From a virus (taxonomy: Duplodnaviria; Caudoviricetes): DNA of 39,852 bases. The translations under genes and the position numbers were made by a program. The stretch covers positions 1-39,852 of IMG/VR virus record IMGVR_UViG_3300037467_000579. One strand, 5' to 3'. The notes below the pieces were generated by a model. That model had not been told where the DNA came from and searched no databases. It saw only the letters and a list, made by a program, of their open reading frames with translations. Position 1 is the first letter of the stretch, and every line of letters starts with the position of its first letter. Shown here one piece after another: positions 1 through 7,083 of this stretch.

Positions 1-183
1 CGCAAGCTTTACAGCCAGCGCACCCTGCAATATGGATATAGCTACGTTCTGGCCGAGAGTGAATCCGCGCATGCTGGCTGCATTTAGCATGTCCATCATC
101 ACCTCGGAATCAACGCCACCAGCTGCCTTAATGGCCCTGCGATTCTCGACGTCGCATTGAGCGACTATCTCGTCGGGGGTCAT
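1..183 (-). CDS. Hypothetical nin-region protein, 5' part only (allele of 38909..39121)
   Basis: ATG at 183, reads MTPDEIVAQCDVENRRAIKAAGG; near-identical to MTPEEIVAQCDAENRRAIKAAGG at 39121; runs off the window edge. Confidence 0.75.
   Translation of the reverse strand, partial: MTPDEIVAQCDVENRRAIKAAGGVDSEVMMDMLNAASMRGFTLGQNVAISILQGALAVKLA
1..183. repeat. Imperfect direct repeat of 38939..39121
   Basis: First 86 nt identical, then about 8 substitutions up to the start codon. Confidence 0.95.
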
Positions 184-443
184 GGCTTTTTCATGCCCTT
201 AATATTTCCGAGCTTAGAATTGGCATATTCCAACTCCCTGCGGGCTGCAGCCACCTCGCGCTCACAGTCCTCAATCTTGAATGCGCGCGCCTCCTCCCAA
301 CTGTCGAAATAGTTTTGATAGGAGCTGCGCTTAGATTGCCGGCGCCCACTTATCCAAACAGATGATTCGGTTTCTCGCTCAACTTCAACGGGCTTAATTT
401 CACCCCAAAACAAACCTACTCTTGCCTCGTATTTCGTAATCAT
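180..443 (-). CDS. Hypothetical phage protein (87 aa), specific to the left-end allele
   Basis: ATGA overlaps with both neighbours; GGAAGGAA RBS. Confidence 0.75.
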   Translation of the reverse strand: MITKYEARVGLFWGEIKPVEVERETESSVWISGRRQSKRSSYQNYFDSWEEARAFKIEDCEREVAAARRELEYANSKLGNIKGMKKP

Positions 444-676
444 TTCCTTCCTCGCTCAACATAGTTTTTCCAAGCATCCCTAACGCGCCCGATGTGCTCC
501 GGCATGTCGTCCGTGACGCGCTCGATGCTCCGCAACATCCCCGCTACCATCTCCCGCGAATGCAGCCGGCCAAGCAGGCGAACGCAGCAACTGACGCATC
601 TGTAATCGACCGCAGCGCCTGATCCCGTTTGCGCGGACTGGCAGAGCTTGCAGCTGATGTCGGGAGATGGATTCAT
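440..676 (-). CDS. Cys-rich hypothetical protein (CxxC...CxxCC, possible Zn-binding)
   Basis: ORF coupled to the replication gene stop; second allele at 39585..39833. Confidence 0.75.
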   Translation of the reverse strand: MNPSPDISCKLCQSAQTGSGAAVDYRCVSCCVRLLGRLHSREMVAGMLRSIERVTDDMPEHIGRVRDAWKNYVERGRK

Positions 677-695
677 GGTGTTTTCGGCCTCATCG
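468..695. repeat. Imperfect direct repeat of 39625..39852
   Basis: 645-695 identical to 39802-39852; scattered substitutions in the rest. Confidence 0.95.
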
Positions 696-1617
696 CAGCC
701 TTCAGTTCTTCACTTCGCTTCGCCTTCAGTTCTGGCGGTACCGGGACCTCTACCCGTTTAGGCTCGGCAGCCATGACAGTGGCGGGAGGCGATGCGCGGG
801 CGGCGGGCGGCCTGCCGGCGTTGTCTAGAGCTATCTGGATACGGCCTTTGAAGGTCTGCATTGACTCACCAAGACCGGGCCGCAATCCGAGTTCCGCACC
901 TTTTGCCAAGCTCGTGGCGTCAGTCGCCCACCATGCGCCAGCAGCTTGCTTTGCATGGGCGCGCTCACTGCGAATGAAGTTGCGCCATGTCGCAGACCAA
1001 TCGAGTTTCAAGCCCTGCTTTCCAGGGACGCCAGTCCAGTAATCGCGGAACTTCGCCTGCATCGCAATAGGATCGAGATCGGGGCGCTCGGTTTTGCAGA
1101 ATTCGATTTCTACGTCATTCGCGAGCCAGTCAGCAGGCAACCGCGAAGCGCGTTGCGTTGCCTCTGTCTTTGACTTTGGTTTTATCTCTTCTTCTCTTAT
1201 CTCTTCTTCTCTAGGCTTTTCTTGGTGTGACGTGGCGTGACTTGGTGTGACATTGTTTTGATTGGCTTCCCGTGCGCGTTGGTGGCGCTTGCGCTCAGCT
1301 GCCGTGTCGTCTTCACGCTCACGTAATGGCTGGCGCTTTTCCCATCCTGTCAGATAGTCACCGTCCAAAACACGCCCCTGCATTGCCTCTCTGATGGCTT
1401 GCACGTCTTCAGTTTCGATGTCGAGTGCCGTCGCAACGTCTTCATCGCACCAGCCTTCCGTGTGGCCGCGTTCGGTTGCATTGGATGCGCATGTCATCAT
1501 GTGGACATAGACCGAGATCACGCGGCTGATTTCTTGCCTGGAGACGCGCGCGATCGTCCGAAACTTCGGATCGTTCACCATGTCAGTCCAAAGCCGAAAC
1601 CATGGATTAGCCATCAC
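673..1617 (-). CDS. Phage replication initiator (O-like / replisome organiser)
   Basis: N-terminal WFRLWTDMVNDPK, AERKRHQR linker, internal iterons, C-terminal LPADW / FRDYW / DWSATWRNF motifs; position downstream of cro. Confidence 0.8.
   Translation of the reverse strand: MMANPWFRLWTDMVNDPKFRTIARVSRQEISRVISVYVHMMTCASNATERGHTEGWCDEDVATALDIETEDVQAIREAMQGRVLDGDYLTGWEKRQPLREREDDTAAERKRHQRAREANQNNVTPSHATSHQEKPREEEIREEEIKPKSKTEATQRASRLPADWLANDVEIEFCKTERPDLDPIAMQAKFRDYWTGVPGKQGLKLDWSATWRNFIRSERAHAKQAAGAWWATDATSLAKGAELGLRPGLGESMQTFKGRIQIALDNAGRPPAARASPPATVMAAEPKRVEVPVPPELKAKRSEELKAAMRPKTP
1178..1251. promoter_or_regulatory. Putative replication origin inside the initiator gene
   Basis: Three tandem 10-bp iterons TTGGTGTGAC/GTGGCGTGAC/TTGGTGTGAC (1222-1251) beside a pyrimidine tract with TTATCTCTTCTTCTC x2. 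Confidence 0.7.
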
Positions 1618-2264
1618 TCCACCCCTTTATCCATAGCCAGCCGCTTGAGCGCAGCCTTGTAATGCGCCTCGATCGCCTTGAAGTCATCGATCGTCAAATG
1701 TCGTGGTTCGTTGTCGTTCTTGAGTGCTTCGACGTACTCGGCGCCGAAGCGCTCAAGCAATCCGCGCTCATATCCAGCCGGGTTGCCGCCCAAATAGTCG
1801 TTGCAGTGTTTGCATTGGCCGTGGATGTTGTTTTCCACTAACTCCAGGTGCTTTGCGCTGCCCACGCTGCGGAAGTGGCCTGCGTCATAGTCGCCACCGA
1901 CGCGGCCAAGCTTGATAAGGATCGTTTGGCAGGAAATGCAGGTCTTGCCTTCGTCGCGGGCGCGGATGTAGGCATGCAGGGCGGTCTTGGCCTTGGCGAG
2001 CCACCACTTGCGCGGCCTGAGAGCGAGCTTCTTTTCCTTCAGCTCCTTGCGCTCTTTTTGCTCACGCAACCGCCTAGCAAAACTTTGTGCGCATGCCAGA
2101 CTGCAGACCTGCTGCCCCATCCGCTGCTGCATGAAAGCCGTTCCGCAATTCGAACACTTCCTCATGCGTGGCTTTGCTGCCAATGTCGGCTTTCCCGCCT
2201 TCAGGCTGGCGGTGCGCAAGATGGAAGGCTGCGGCTTGGGGCGAGTAATGGCGGTGCGTTTCAT
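1614..2264 (-). CDS. ninG: NinG/Rap family recombination endonuclease
   Basis: YIRARD, CISC, DAGHFRSVG, NIHGQCKHCN motifs. Confidence 0.92.
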   Translation of the reverse strand: MKRTAITRPKPQPSILRTASLKAGKPTLAAKPRMRKCSNCGTAFMQQRMGQQVCSLACAQSFARRLREQKERKELKEKKLALRPRKWWLAKAKTALHAYIRARDEGKTCISCQTILIKLGRVGGDYDAGHFRSVGSAKHLELVENNIHGQCKHCNDYLGGNPAGYERGLLERFGAEYVEALKNDNEPRHLTIDDFKAIEAHYKAALKRLAMDKGVE

Positions 2265-3265
2265 GCGGCTTTATCCAAAGATTCCGGCGCGGCGAGCAAG
2301 CTGGACAGCTGCTGATGCAGCTTGGAGCGCCACAACGCCGTTTCCGACCTGACGCAGCTGGTGAGAGCGGGATTCGTCCACCAGATAGGCCAACCCATCA
2401 ACCAGCATGCAAACGCCGGGTTCAGTCGCGGGCCTAAGGTGCGGGCTGTCGGCGATAATTCCTTCCCATCGATGGTCGAGAGGACCGGGCGCGAAAAGTT
2501 GAGCACTTGCCGCCCCAGAAGTCCGTTCTCCGGAACGTTCTCCATGTTCGATGAACCGTCTTTGTGGTCGCGTGCTGTTGGCGTACCCCATGTTCCAGCC
2601 TGCGCCTGGAGTGAAGGCGTCCTTCTCTTCAGCTCGGACGGGCATACGCCACGATCCATCTCGCTCGCTTTCGGGGTCGGCCAATGCTGCGCCGCTCCAA
2701 CCAATCCATTGCGCGGATCGTTCGAAATCTCGCCCCGCTTCTCCGAGTCGTTCGCCTTTGCGGTAGGCCAGGATGAAGACGCGCTCGCGCTGATGAGATG
2801 CGCCAACGTCGGACGCGCGTAGCACTCCCCATTCAATATCGAACCCGATACCGGCCAGCGATCCGACTGCCGCTTCGAACCCGCCACTGGAAAGTAAGCC
2901 CCGGACGTTTTCGAGAAAAACGAGCCGAGGAGAAACGTCGCGAATGATTCCGGCAATGGCAGGCCAGATCCAGCGCTCGTCTGCAGTGCCTTTGCGTTTG
3001 CCTGCCATAGAGTGCGGCTGGCACGGGAAGCCGGCAGTGATGCAATCCAGCCTTCCACGCCACGCGCTGCCGTTAAAGGTGAGCAGGTCAGACCAGATAG
3101 GCGCCGGATCGACCGCTCCCGCTTCCATAAGCGTGACAAGTTGGCCGGCAGCAGCGGCTTCCCGCTCCACGTAGCAAACGGTTCTATAGTCTTGTCCAAA
3201 AAATTCGCATGCGGCCCGGAATCCCTCGTCGAGCATTCCAACCCCGGCACATAGAGCCAAACCAT
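2261..3265 (-). CDS. Out-of-frame overlapping ORF (334 aa), putative second methyltransferase subunit
   Basis: ATG directly follows the ninB TGA; stop overlaps the ninG ATG (ATGA); contains WPT/WGT repeats and RLNPAFACWLMGWP (motif IX-like). Confidence 0.65.
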   Translation of the reverse strand: MVWLYVPGLECSTRDSGPHANFLDKTIEPFATWSGKPLLPANLSRLWKRERSIRRLSGLTCSPLTAARGVEGWIASLPASRASRTLWQANAKALQTSAGSGLPLPESFATFLLGSFFSKTSGAYFPVAGSKRQSDRWPVSGSILNGECYARPTLAHLISASASSSWPTAKANDSEKRGEISNDPRNGLVGAAQHWPTPKASEMDRGVCPSELKRRTPSLQAQAGTWGTPTARDHKDGSSNMENVPENGLLGRQVLNFSRPVLSTIDGKELSPTARTLGPRLNPAFACWLMGWPIWWTNPALTSCVRSETALWRSKLHQQLSSLLAAPESLDKAA

Positions 3266-3269
3266 TCAA
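2271..3269 (-). CDS. DNA cytosine-5 methyltransferase (catalytic chain)
   Basis: Motif I LCAGVG, motif IV GFPCQ, motif VI ENV, motif VIII QRERVF, motif X GNGV; TTG start overlapping the upstream TGA. Confidence 0.9.
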   Translation of the reverse strand: MNGLALCAGVGMLDEGFRAACEFFGQDYRTVCYVEREAAAAGQLVTLMEAGAVDPAPIWSDLLTFNGSAWRGRLDCITAGFPCQPHSMAGKRKGTADERWIWPAIAGIIRDVSPRLVFLENVRGLLSSGGFEAAVGSLAGIGFDIEWGVLRASDVGASHQRERVFILAYRKGERLGEAGRDFERSAQWIGWSGAALADPESERDGSWRMPVRAEEKDAFTPGAGWNMGYANSTRPQRRFIEHGERSGERTSGAASAQLFAPGPLDHRWEGIIADSPHLRPATEPGVCMLVDGLAYLVDESRSHQLRQVGNGVVALQAASAAVQLARRAGIFG

Positions 3270-3718
3270 GCCGCCCTCCGCGCATCCTGATCCGCAGGAA
3301 ATTCCAGCATCACGCCGCGCCGTGCAAAGTCTTCGCGCATGGCTTCGGCGTACTTGCTCAACTGTTCTTTGGTCATCAGGGAAGTGACTGGCAACAGGCG
3401 CATGACCTTGAGCTTTTGTTCGTAGCTCAGTCCCTTTATGGCGCTGTCGTAGGTTTCGCGGAATTCGTCATCCTCGGCCCGCATGATCGGCACGCCGTGA
3501 TGCAGCTTGCAGTAGCACTTCCAGCCCAGTTCATCGTCTTCGCGTAGCTCGCGGGCGATCTGGCCGTACCATGCGTGAGTGATGGCGTTCTGCGGCAGGC
3601 TGCGATCTTGGCCGGTCTTGGTGCTCACGCGCACAAAGCGGTAGCGCTGGTACTGCTCGCGCAGGAAACCGATGGCCGACTGCAGGGAAGAATCGCTGTT
3701 GATGACGAGCGCGCTCAT
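3266..3718 (-). CDS. ninB: NinB/Orf-family recombination protein
   Basis: RSLPQNAITHAWYGQIA and TSLMTKEQLSKY motifs; ATG at 3718 preferred. Confidence 0.7.
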   Translation of the reverse strand: MSALVINSDSSLQSAIGFLREQYQRYRFVRVSTKTGQDRSLPQNAITHAWYGQIARELREDDELGWKCYCKLHHGVPIMRAEDDEFRETYDSAIKGLSYEQKLKVMRLLPVTSLMTKEQLSKYAEAMREDFARRGVMLEFPADQDARRAA

Positions 3719-3801
3719 GATTTGACCGACCGCAAAACGCTTGAAACGGGTACCGGCATCATGGGAAGCGGTGGGAGGTGGGCCGATGGGCAGCAAGTCA
3801 T
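3715..3801 (-). CDS. Small ORF (28 aa)
   Basis: ATGA overlaps at both ends, GGGGAG RBS. Confidence 0.4.
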   Translation of the reverse strand: MTCCPSAHLPPLPMMPVPVSSVLRSVKS

Positions 3802-4130
3802 AGCAACTCCCCCTGCTTAGACGGCAGCCGCGAAGGCGTAACCGTCACGCCAGTTACGGTGCATTTGCGTTGCAGCTTTTCCGGAACCGCTTCCAACCGA
3901 CCAGCGGCGCGCAGGCCATTCACAACACGCGCCATGCAGGATTTATCGATGTCGGGAAGACCAGCCGCGCGATTGCTGGCCGTATTTGTCAGCGCCATCA
4001 GCTCGGATAGCGAGTAGTCGCGGCCAGCGTCGACGACGAACATGGTTCGCTCGTTCTGGCTCGCCGCGAGCGATGGGGTTACTTTTTCGTAGTAGCAGGC
4101 AATGCTGGTTTCGGCGACGGCGGTTTTCAT
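3798..4130 (-). CDS. Hypothetical protein, possible winged-HTH
   Basis: GGAGG RBS before ATG 4130; helix-turn-helix-like middle. Confidence 0.7.
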   Translation of the reverse strand: MKTAVAETSIACYYEKVTPSLAASQNERTMFVVDAGRDYSLSELMALTNTASNRAAGLPDIDKSCMARVVNGLRAAGRLEAVPEKLQRKCTVTGVTVTPSRLPSKQGELL

Positions 4131-4294
4131 GCGATCCTCCGACCAACCCAAGGCCACACTTTGTAACCACAGAATGCGCCCCAAATTGCGAACACAACCA
4201 ACGTAAGTGCAAAGCTATCGAATAGTCCGCAAACAATGGCGGGGGGCAAGTACGTCACGAACAAGAGAACAAAAGCCGCAATGACTTGTTTCAT
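4127..4294 (-). CDS. Small membrane protein (55 aa, two hydrophobic segments)
   Basis: AGGAGG RBS, ATGA overlaps. Confidence 0.65.
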   Translation of the reverse strand: MKQVIAAFVLLFVTYLPPAIVCGLFDSFALTLVVFAIWGAFCGYKVWPWVGRRIA

Positions 4295-4467
4295 GCTGCC
4301 TCCTGCTGCAAAAGCTGAGTCTTGTGCATGAAGAAGTAGTGCCGCCACAGCCGATGCTCGCTCGGCTCTGTGGCGAGCGGATGCGGATTCGTATTTACGT
4401 CATATCCCGCCTCTGCTGCGCGCTCGGCTGATTCGCGAATGTCGGTGATGCGCTGAAGTTCGCTCAT
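4291..4467 (-). CDS. Hypothetical protein (58 aa, MSELQRITDIRESAER...)
   Basis: Read manually; ATGA overlaps at both ends. Confidence 0.6.
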   Translation of the reverse strand: MSELQRITDIRESAERAAEAGYDVNTNPHPLATEPSEHRLWRHYFFMHKTQLLQQEAA

Positions 4468-4664
4468 GGCTCGCCACCCTGACCTTGTTCCGCTACCTGA
4501 CGCTCGGCCAAATCAACTGCATTGCGAAGATTGCGGATGTCTACGCGATGCGCACGCTTCGCCGCGTCTTTCTCGCCATCCTTTGCGGCGATAACAGCCT
4601 TATCCGATTCGCGCCACTGTCGCGCAGTACGGACGATGTAATCATTCGGTGTTGGTTTGCTCAT
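4464..4664 (-). CDS. Hypothetical protein (66 aa)
   Basis: ORF in operon with RBS. Confidence 0.65.
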   Translation of the reverse strand: MSKPTPNDYIVRTARQWRESDKAVIAAKDGEKDAAKRAHRVDIRNLRNAVDLAERQVAEQGQGGEP

Positions 4665-4719
4665 TCCTGCCTCGTGTCTCTGTTGCTATTTGTTGTGCCT
4701 TCTGCCTGCATCGATCTGC

Positions 4720-4974
4720 TCACATCCGCATGCTCATCAAGTGACCACCAGTGCGAACGCGACCCGGCAACAACATGGCCCTGTTGTGTCCCGCTGCAGG
4801 CCTTTTAATCTCACGAGCGCGCCGCCTATCATGCTGACGAGCTGTCCACTCGTTTATTAGCTCCCGCACCTTGGGGCTGTGCTTGACATCTGCGCTCTCG
4901 CAAGCGCTTTCGAATGAAAGGAATTCGTCGGCATTAAGGAAGGCCTTAACAACTATGTCGCGGGTGTTTTTCAT
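4720..4974 (-). CDS. Putative ribbon-helix-helix regulator in the cII position
   Basis: Beta-strand/helix/helix pattern IVVKAFLN...VRELINEW; GAGGA RBS; first gene after cro. Confidence 0.55.
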   Translation of the reverse strand: MKNTRDIVVKAFLNADEFLSFESACESADVKHSPKVRELINEWTARQHDRRRAREIKRPAAGHNRAMLLPGRVRTGGHLMSMRM

Positions 4975-5040
4975 GGTTCGATCCTCGTAAAAAGGTTTCA
5001 GGATTTAAAGTTGCTTCTTGTAAAACTTTTTGGTACAGGC

Positions 5041-5075
5041 AAAAAAATGCCGTCACCCGTTACAGGCGACGGCAA
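5041..5075 (-). terminator. tR1-like intrinsic terminator after cro
   Basis: TGCCGTCGCC/GGTGACGGCA stem followed by T7 on minus. Confidence 0.8.
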
Positions 5076-5082
5076 AGGTGCT

Positions 5083-5286
5083 TCAGGGAGACTTCTTGTC
5101 GGTGGAGCGGCGGCTTCGAATTTTGTGAAATTCAATCAAGCTTTCACCCAAGCTATGTGCAGGCTCCTTAATCTCGCCTCGCGAAAGCTCGCTGATAGTT
5201 GATTGAGAGCAGCCGCAAAAATCGGCCGCTTCCTTTTGTGTTGCGCCAGTTGCGCTTATTTCGGAGAGTAGTTGTGTCCAGTTCAT
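5083..5286 (-). CDS. cro: Cro-like HTH repressor
   Basis: TQKEAADFCGCSQSTISEL HTH; divergent from cI. Confidence 0.85.
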   Translation of the reverse strand: MNWTQLLSEISATGATQKEAADFCGCSQSTISELSRGEIKEPAHSLGESLIEFHKIRSRRSTDKKSP

Positions 5287-5292
5287 GCATCC

Positions 5293-5356
5293 ATAGTAAG
5301 CGGAATTCCGATAAGTTGCAAGCGGAAAACCGATTGAGATTATCGGTATATTGATA
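5293..5356. promoter_or_regulatory. OR operators and pR promoter
   Basis: Operators AAGCGGAATTCCGATAA (5298-5314), AAGCGGAAAACCGATTG (5320-5336), weaker TTATCGGTATATTGATA (5340-5356); minus-strand TTGCAA-17-TACTAT. Confidence 0.85.
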
Positions 5357-5359
5357 TTT

Positions 5360-5764
5360 ATGGAAAATCAGGATTCAACGTCGTTCGGTACGCGTCTGAA
5401 GTGGGCCAGGAAAAAAGCCAAGCTCACCCAGATAGCTGCGGCAAAAAAGATTGGAATGTCTCAAGGGACGCTCGCCGAGCTAGAAAATGAAGGCAAGGGC
5501 TCGTCATATACGGCCGCATTGGCGGCTTTGTATGGCGTTGATAGTTATTGGTTGGCAACAGGAAAGGGTGAGCCGCATCGCAAGGAAGGGCAGCCGCAAT
5601 TGGTTGCCAAGCAGGATTCAGAAGTCGTCACAGCGGCGGAAATTATTGAATTGGCAGAAGCATACGTAAAACTTTCAAAGGCGCGCCGCACCATTATTAT
5701 GGAGTCAACCAAGGCCGCTGCTGCACTTGTTGACAGAGGGGAGAGAAGCCCCGCCGAGCAATAA
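5360..5764 (+). CDS. CI-like HTH (XRE) repressor without S24 peptidase domain
   Basis: RLKWARKKAKLTQ...GMSQGTLAELEN...YWLATGKG; only 134 aa. Confidence 0.88.
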   Translation: MENQDSTSFGTRLKWARKKAKLTQIAAAKKIGMSQGTLAELENEGKGSSYTAALAALYGVDSYWLATGKGEPHRKEGQPQLVAKQDSEVVTAAEIIELAEAYVKLSKARRTIIMESTKAAAALVDRGERSPAEQ

Positions 5765-5893
5765 CCTTAATTCTGGCTTCTTCTTTTCTCGCCCCGTTGT
5801 ACACACTCTGAAAGATAGCAAATAAAACTCCCTTTCGTCCTTGGTCATTAGGTGAAATCGACTCAGCAACTCTTCATCTTCTCTGGTTCGCAT
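5705..5893 (-). CDS. Putative SOS-regulated antirepressor (62 aa)
   Basis: GGAG RBS; LexA box upstream; resembles the CI C-terminal helix. Confidence 0.6.
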   Translation of the reverse strand: MRTREDEELLSRFHLMTKDEREFYLLSFRVCTTGREKKKPELRLLLGGASLPSVNKCSSGLG

Positions 5894-6015
5894 GCCTGTC
5901 TCCGGGTCCGGATATTAAGATTACTCTCTCTGCCTTTAGTTTCTAGTAAGAAAAAGTAACAGTAGCAGTTGCTTTTGTGGTTCTGGTCATAGTGGCCTGC
6001 GGGGAACATAAAGCA

Positions 6016-6031
6016 CTGTATGAAAAAACAG
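6016..6031. promoter_or_regulatory. LexA (SOS) box
   Basis: aCTGTATGAAAAAACAGt matches CTGT-N8-ACAG with AT-rich spacer; intergenic. Confidence 0.85.
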
Positions 6032-6067
6032 TATGCCAATATTTTCCGCAGTTGAATAGCACGCCTC

Positions 6068-6122
6068 ATGTAGCTTTGGAGTGCGAAAAAGACAGTTTGT
6101 TGCTACATTGATGTAGCTACAT
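6068..6122. promoter_or_regulatory. Putative operator for the Arc-like protein
   Basis: Four GCTACAT/ATGTAGC half-sites, including GCTACAT-TG-ATGTAGC and ATGTAGCTACAT palindromes. Confidence 0.6.
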
Positions 6123-6152
6123 TCCGGCGCAAGGGTTTAATACCCTTGCTAG

Positions 6153-6443
6153 ATGGCTTATCGAAAATATAAAGACATCGTTCCCTTCGGGATTCGCATG
6201 CAACCCGACCTCAAGGCGAGGCTGGAGAAGCTGTCAAAAGGCAAACCGAAGTGGTCTCTGAATGCGGAAATCGTCAAGCGCCTGGAAGACAGTCTTGAAG
6301 TTCGGCATGAACTGTCGGCCTTTACTGACGGTGAACTTATCGATGAGATAGTCAGGCGGTGGGGCAGAGAGTCAGTTCGCTTTAATGTGGTCATTGGGCG
6401 ATCGCCCGAAGATGAAATCATCAGCAAATATAGCCCGGAGTAA
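6153..6443 (+). CDS. Arc/Mnt family DNA-binding protein
   Basis: PFGIRMQPDLKARLE...SLNAEIVKRLEDSL. Confidence 0.88.
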   Translation: MAYRKYKDIVPFGIRMQPDLKARLEKLSKGKPKWSLNAEIVKRLEDSLEVRHELSAFTDGELIDEIVRRWGRESVRFNVVIGRSPEDEIISKYSPE

Positions 6444-6445
6444 TC

Positions 6446-6712
6446 ATGGCAAAGATTTCTACACTGCATACCTATATCCAGCAGGACACTATCGAAGTGT
6501 GTCAAGCGATTATCGCCAAGGCTCAACGCGGCGAAATTACCGGGATGATTTTCGCCCTGCGTGAAGGTCCGTATGACCACGGGATAGGCGTCACCGGTTC
6601 CTACCGCGAAGATCCGCTTTTAGCAAAGCAAGTTGTAGGCGGCTTGTTTGATCTTTTTTCTGATATGGCAAAACCGCAACGAATAGATGGCGGGAAACTA
6701 TCGAATAAGTGA
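6446..6712 (+). CDS. Hypothetical protein (88 aa)
   Basis: GGAG RBS directly after the arc-like gene. Confidence 0.7.
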   Translation: MAKISTLHTYIQQDTIEVCQAIIAKAQRGEITGMIFALREGPYDHGIGVTGSYREDPLLAKQVVGGLFDLFSDMAKPQRIDGGKLSNK

Positions 6713-6759
6713 GTAAGGCGCAACGGCACGCCACTTTGCCGACAGAGGGAGAGAAGAAA

Positions 6760-7047
6760 ATGAAGAAAGTTCTGTTCGTACTTGGCCTACTGGTTGCTGG
6801 CTCCGCTATGGCTGGTGATGTATATGTACAGCCGCATGTCAACCGAAATGGGACATACGTGCAGGGCTACCATAGATCCGCGCCAGACTCCAATCCTTAC
6901 AACAACTACAGCACGCATGGCAACGTCAATCCGTACACCGGACAAGCCGGGACAGTTAATCCGTATCAGCAGCAGGATCGCAGCTCCGGATATGGGCAAC
7001 AGCAACGCTGCTCAAAGGACATGTACGGCAACGTGACTTGCTTCTAA
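6760..7047 (+). CDS. Secreted small protein (moron)
   Basis: Signal peptide MKKVLFVLGLLVAGSAMA; GTYVQGYHRS..NNYST.GNVNPYTG motif; GGGAGAG RBS. Confidence 0.8.
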   Translation: MKKVLFVLGLLVAGSAMAGDVYVQPHVNRNGTYVQGYHRSAPDSNPYNNYSTHGNVNPYTGQAGTVNPYQQQDRSSGYGQQQRCSKDMYGNVTCF

Positions 7048-7083
7048 CGACTGGGCGGTCTTTGGCCGCCGTTCTTTCTCGTC

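Noticed and set aside
1-695. Diverged repeat pair as DGR template/variable repeats
   Set aside because: No reverse transcriptase ORF, and the substitutions are not adenine-specific but mostly at synonymous positions
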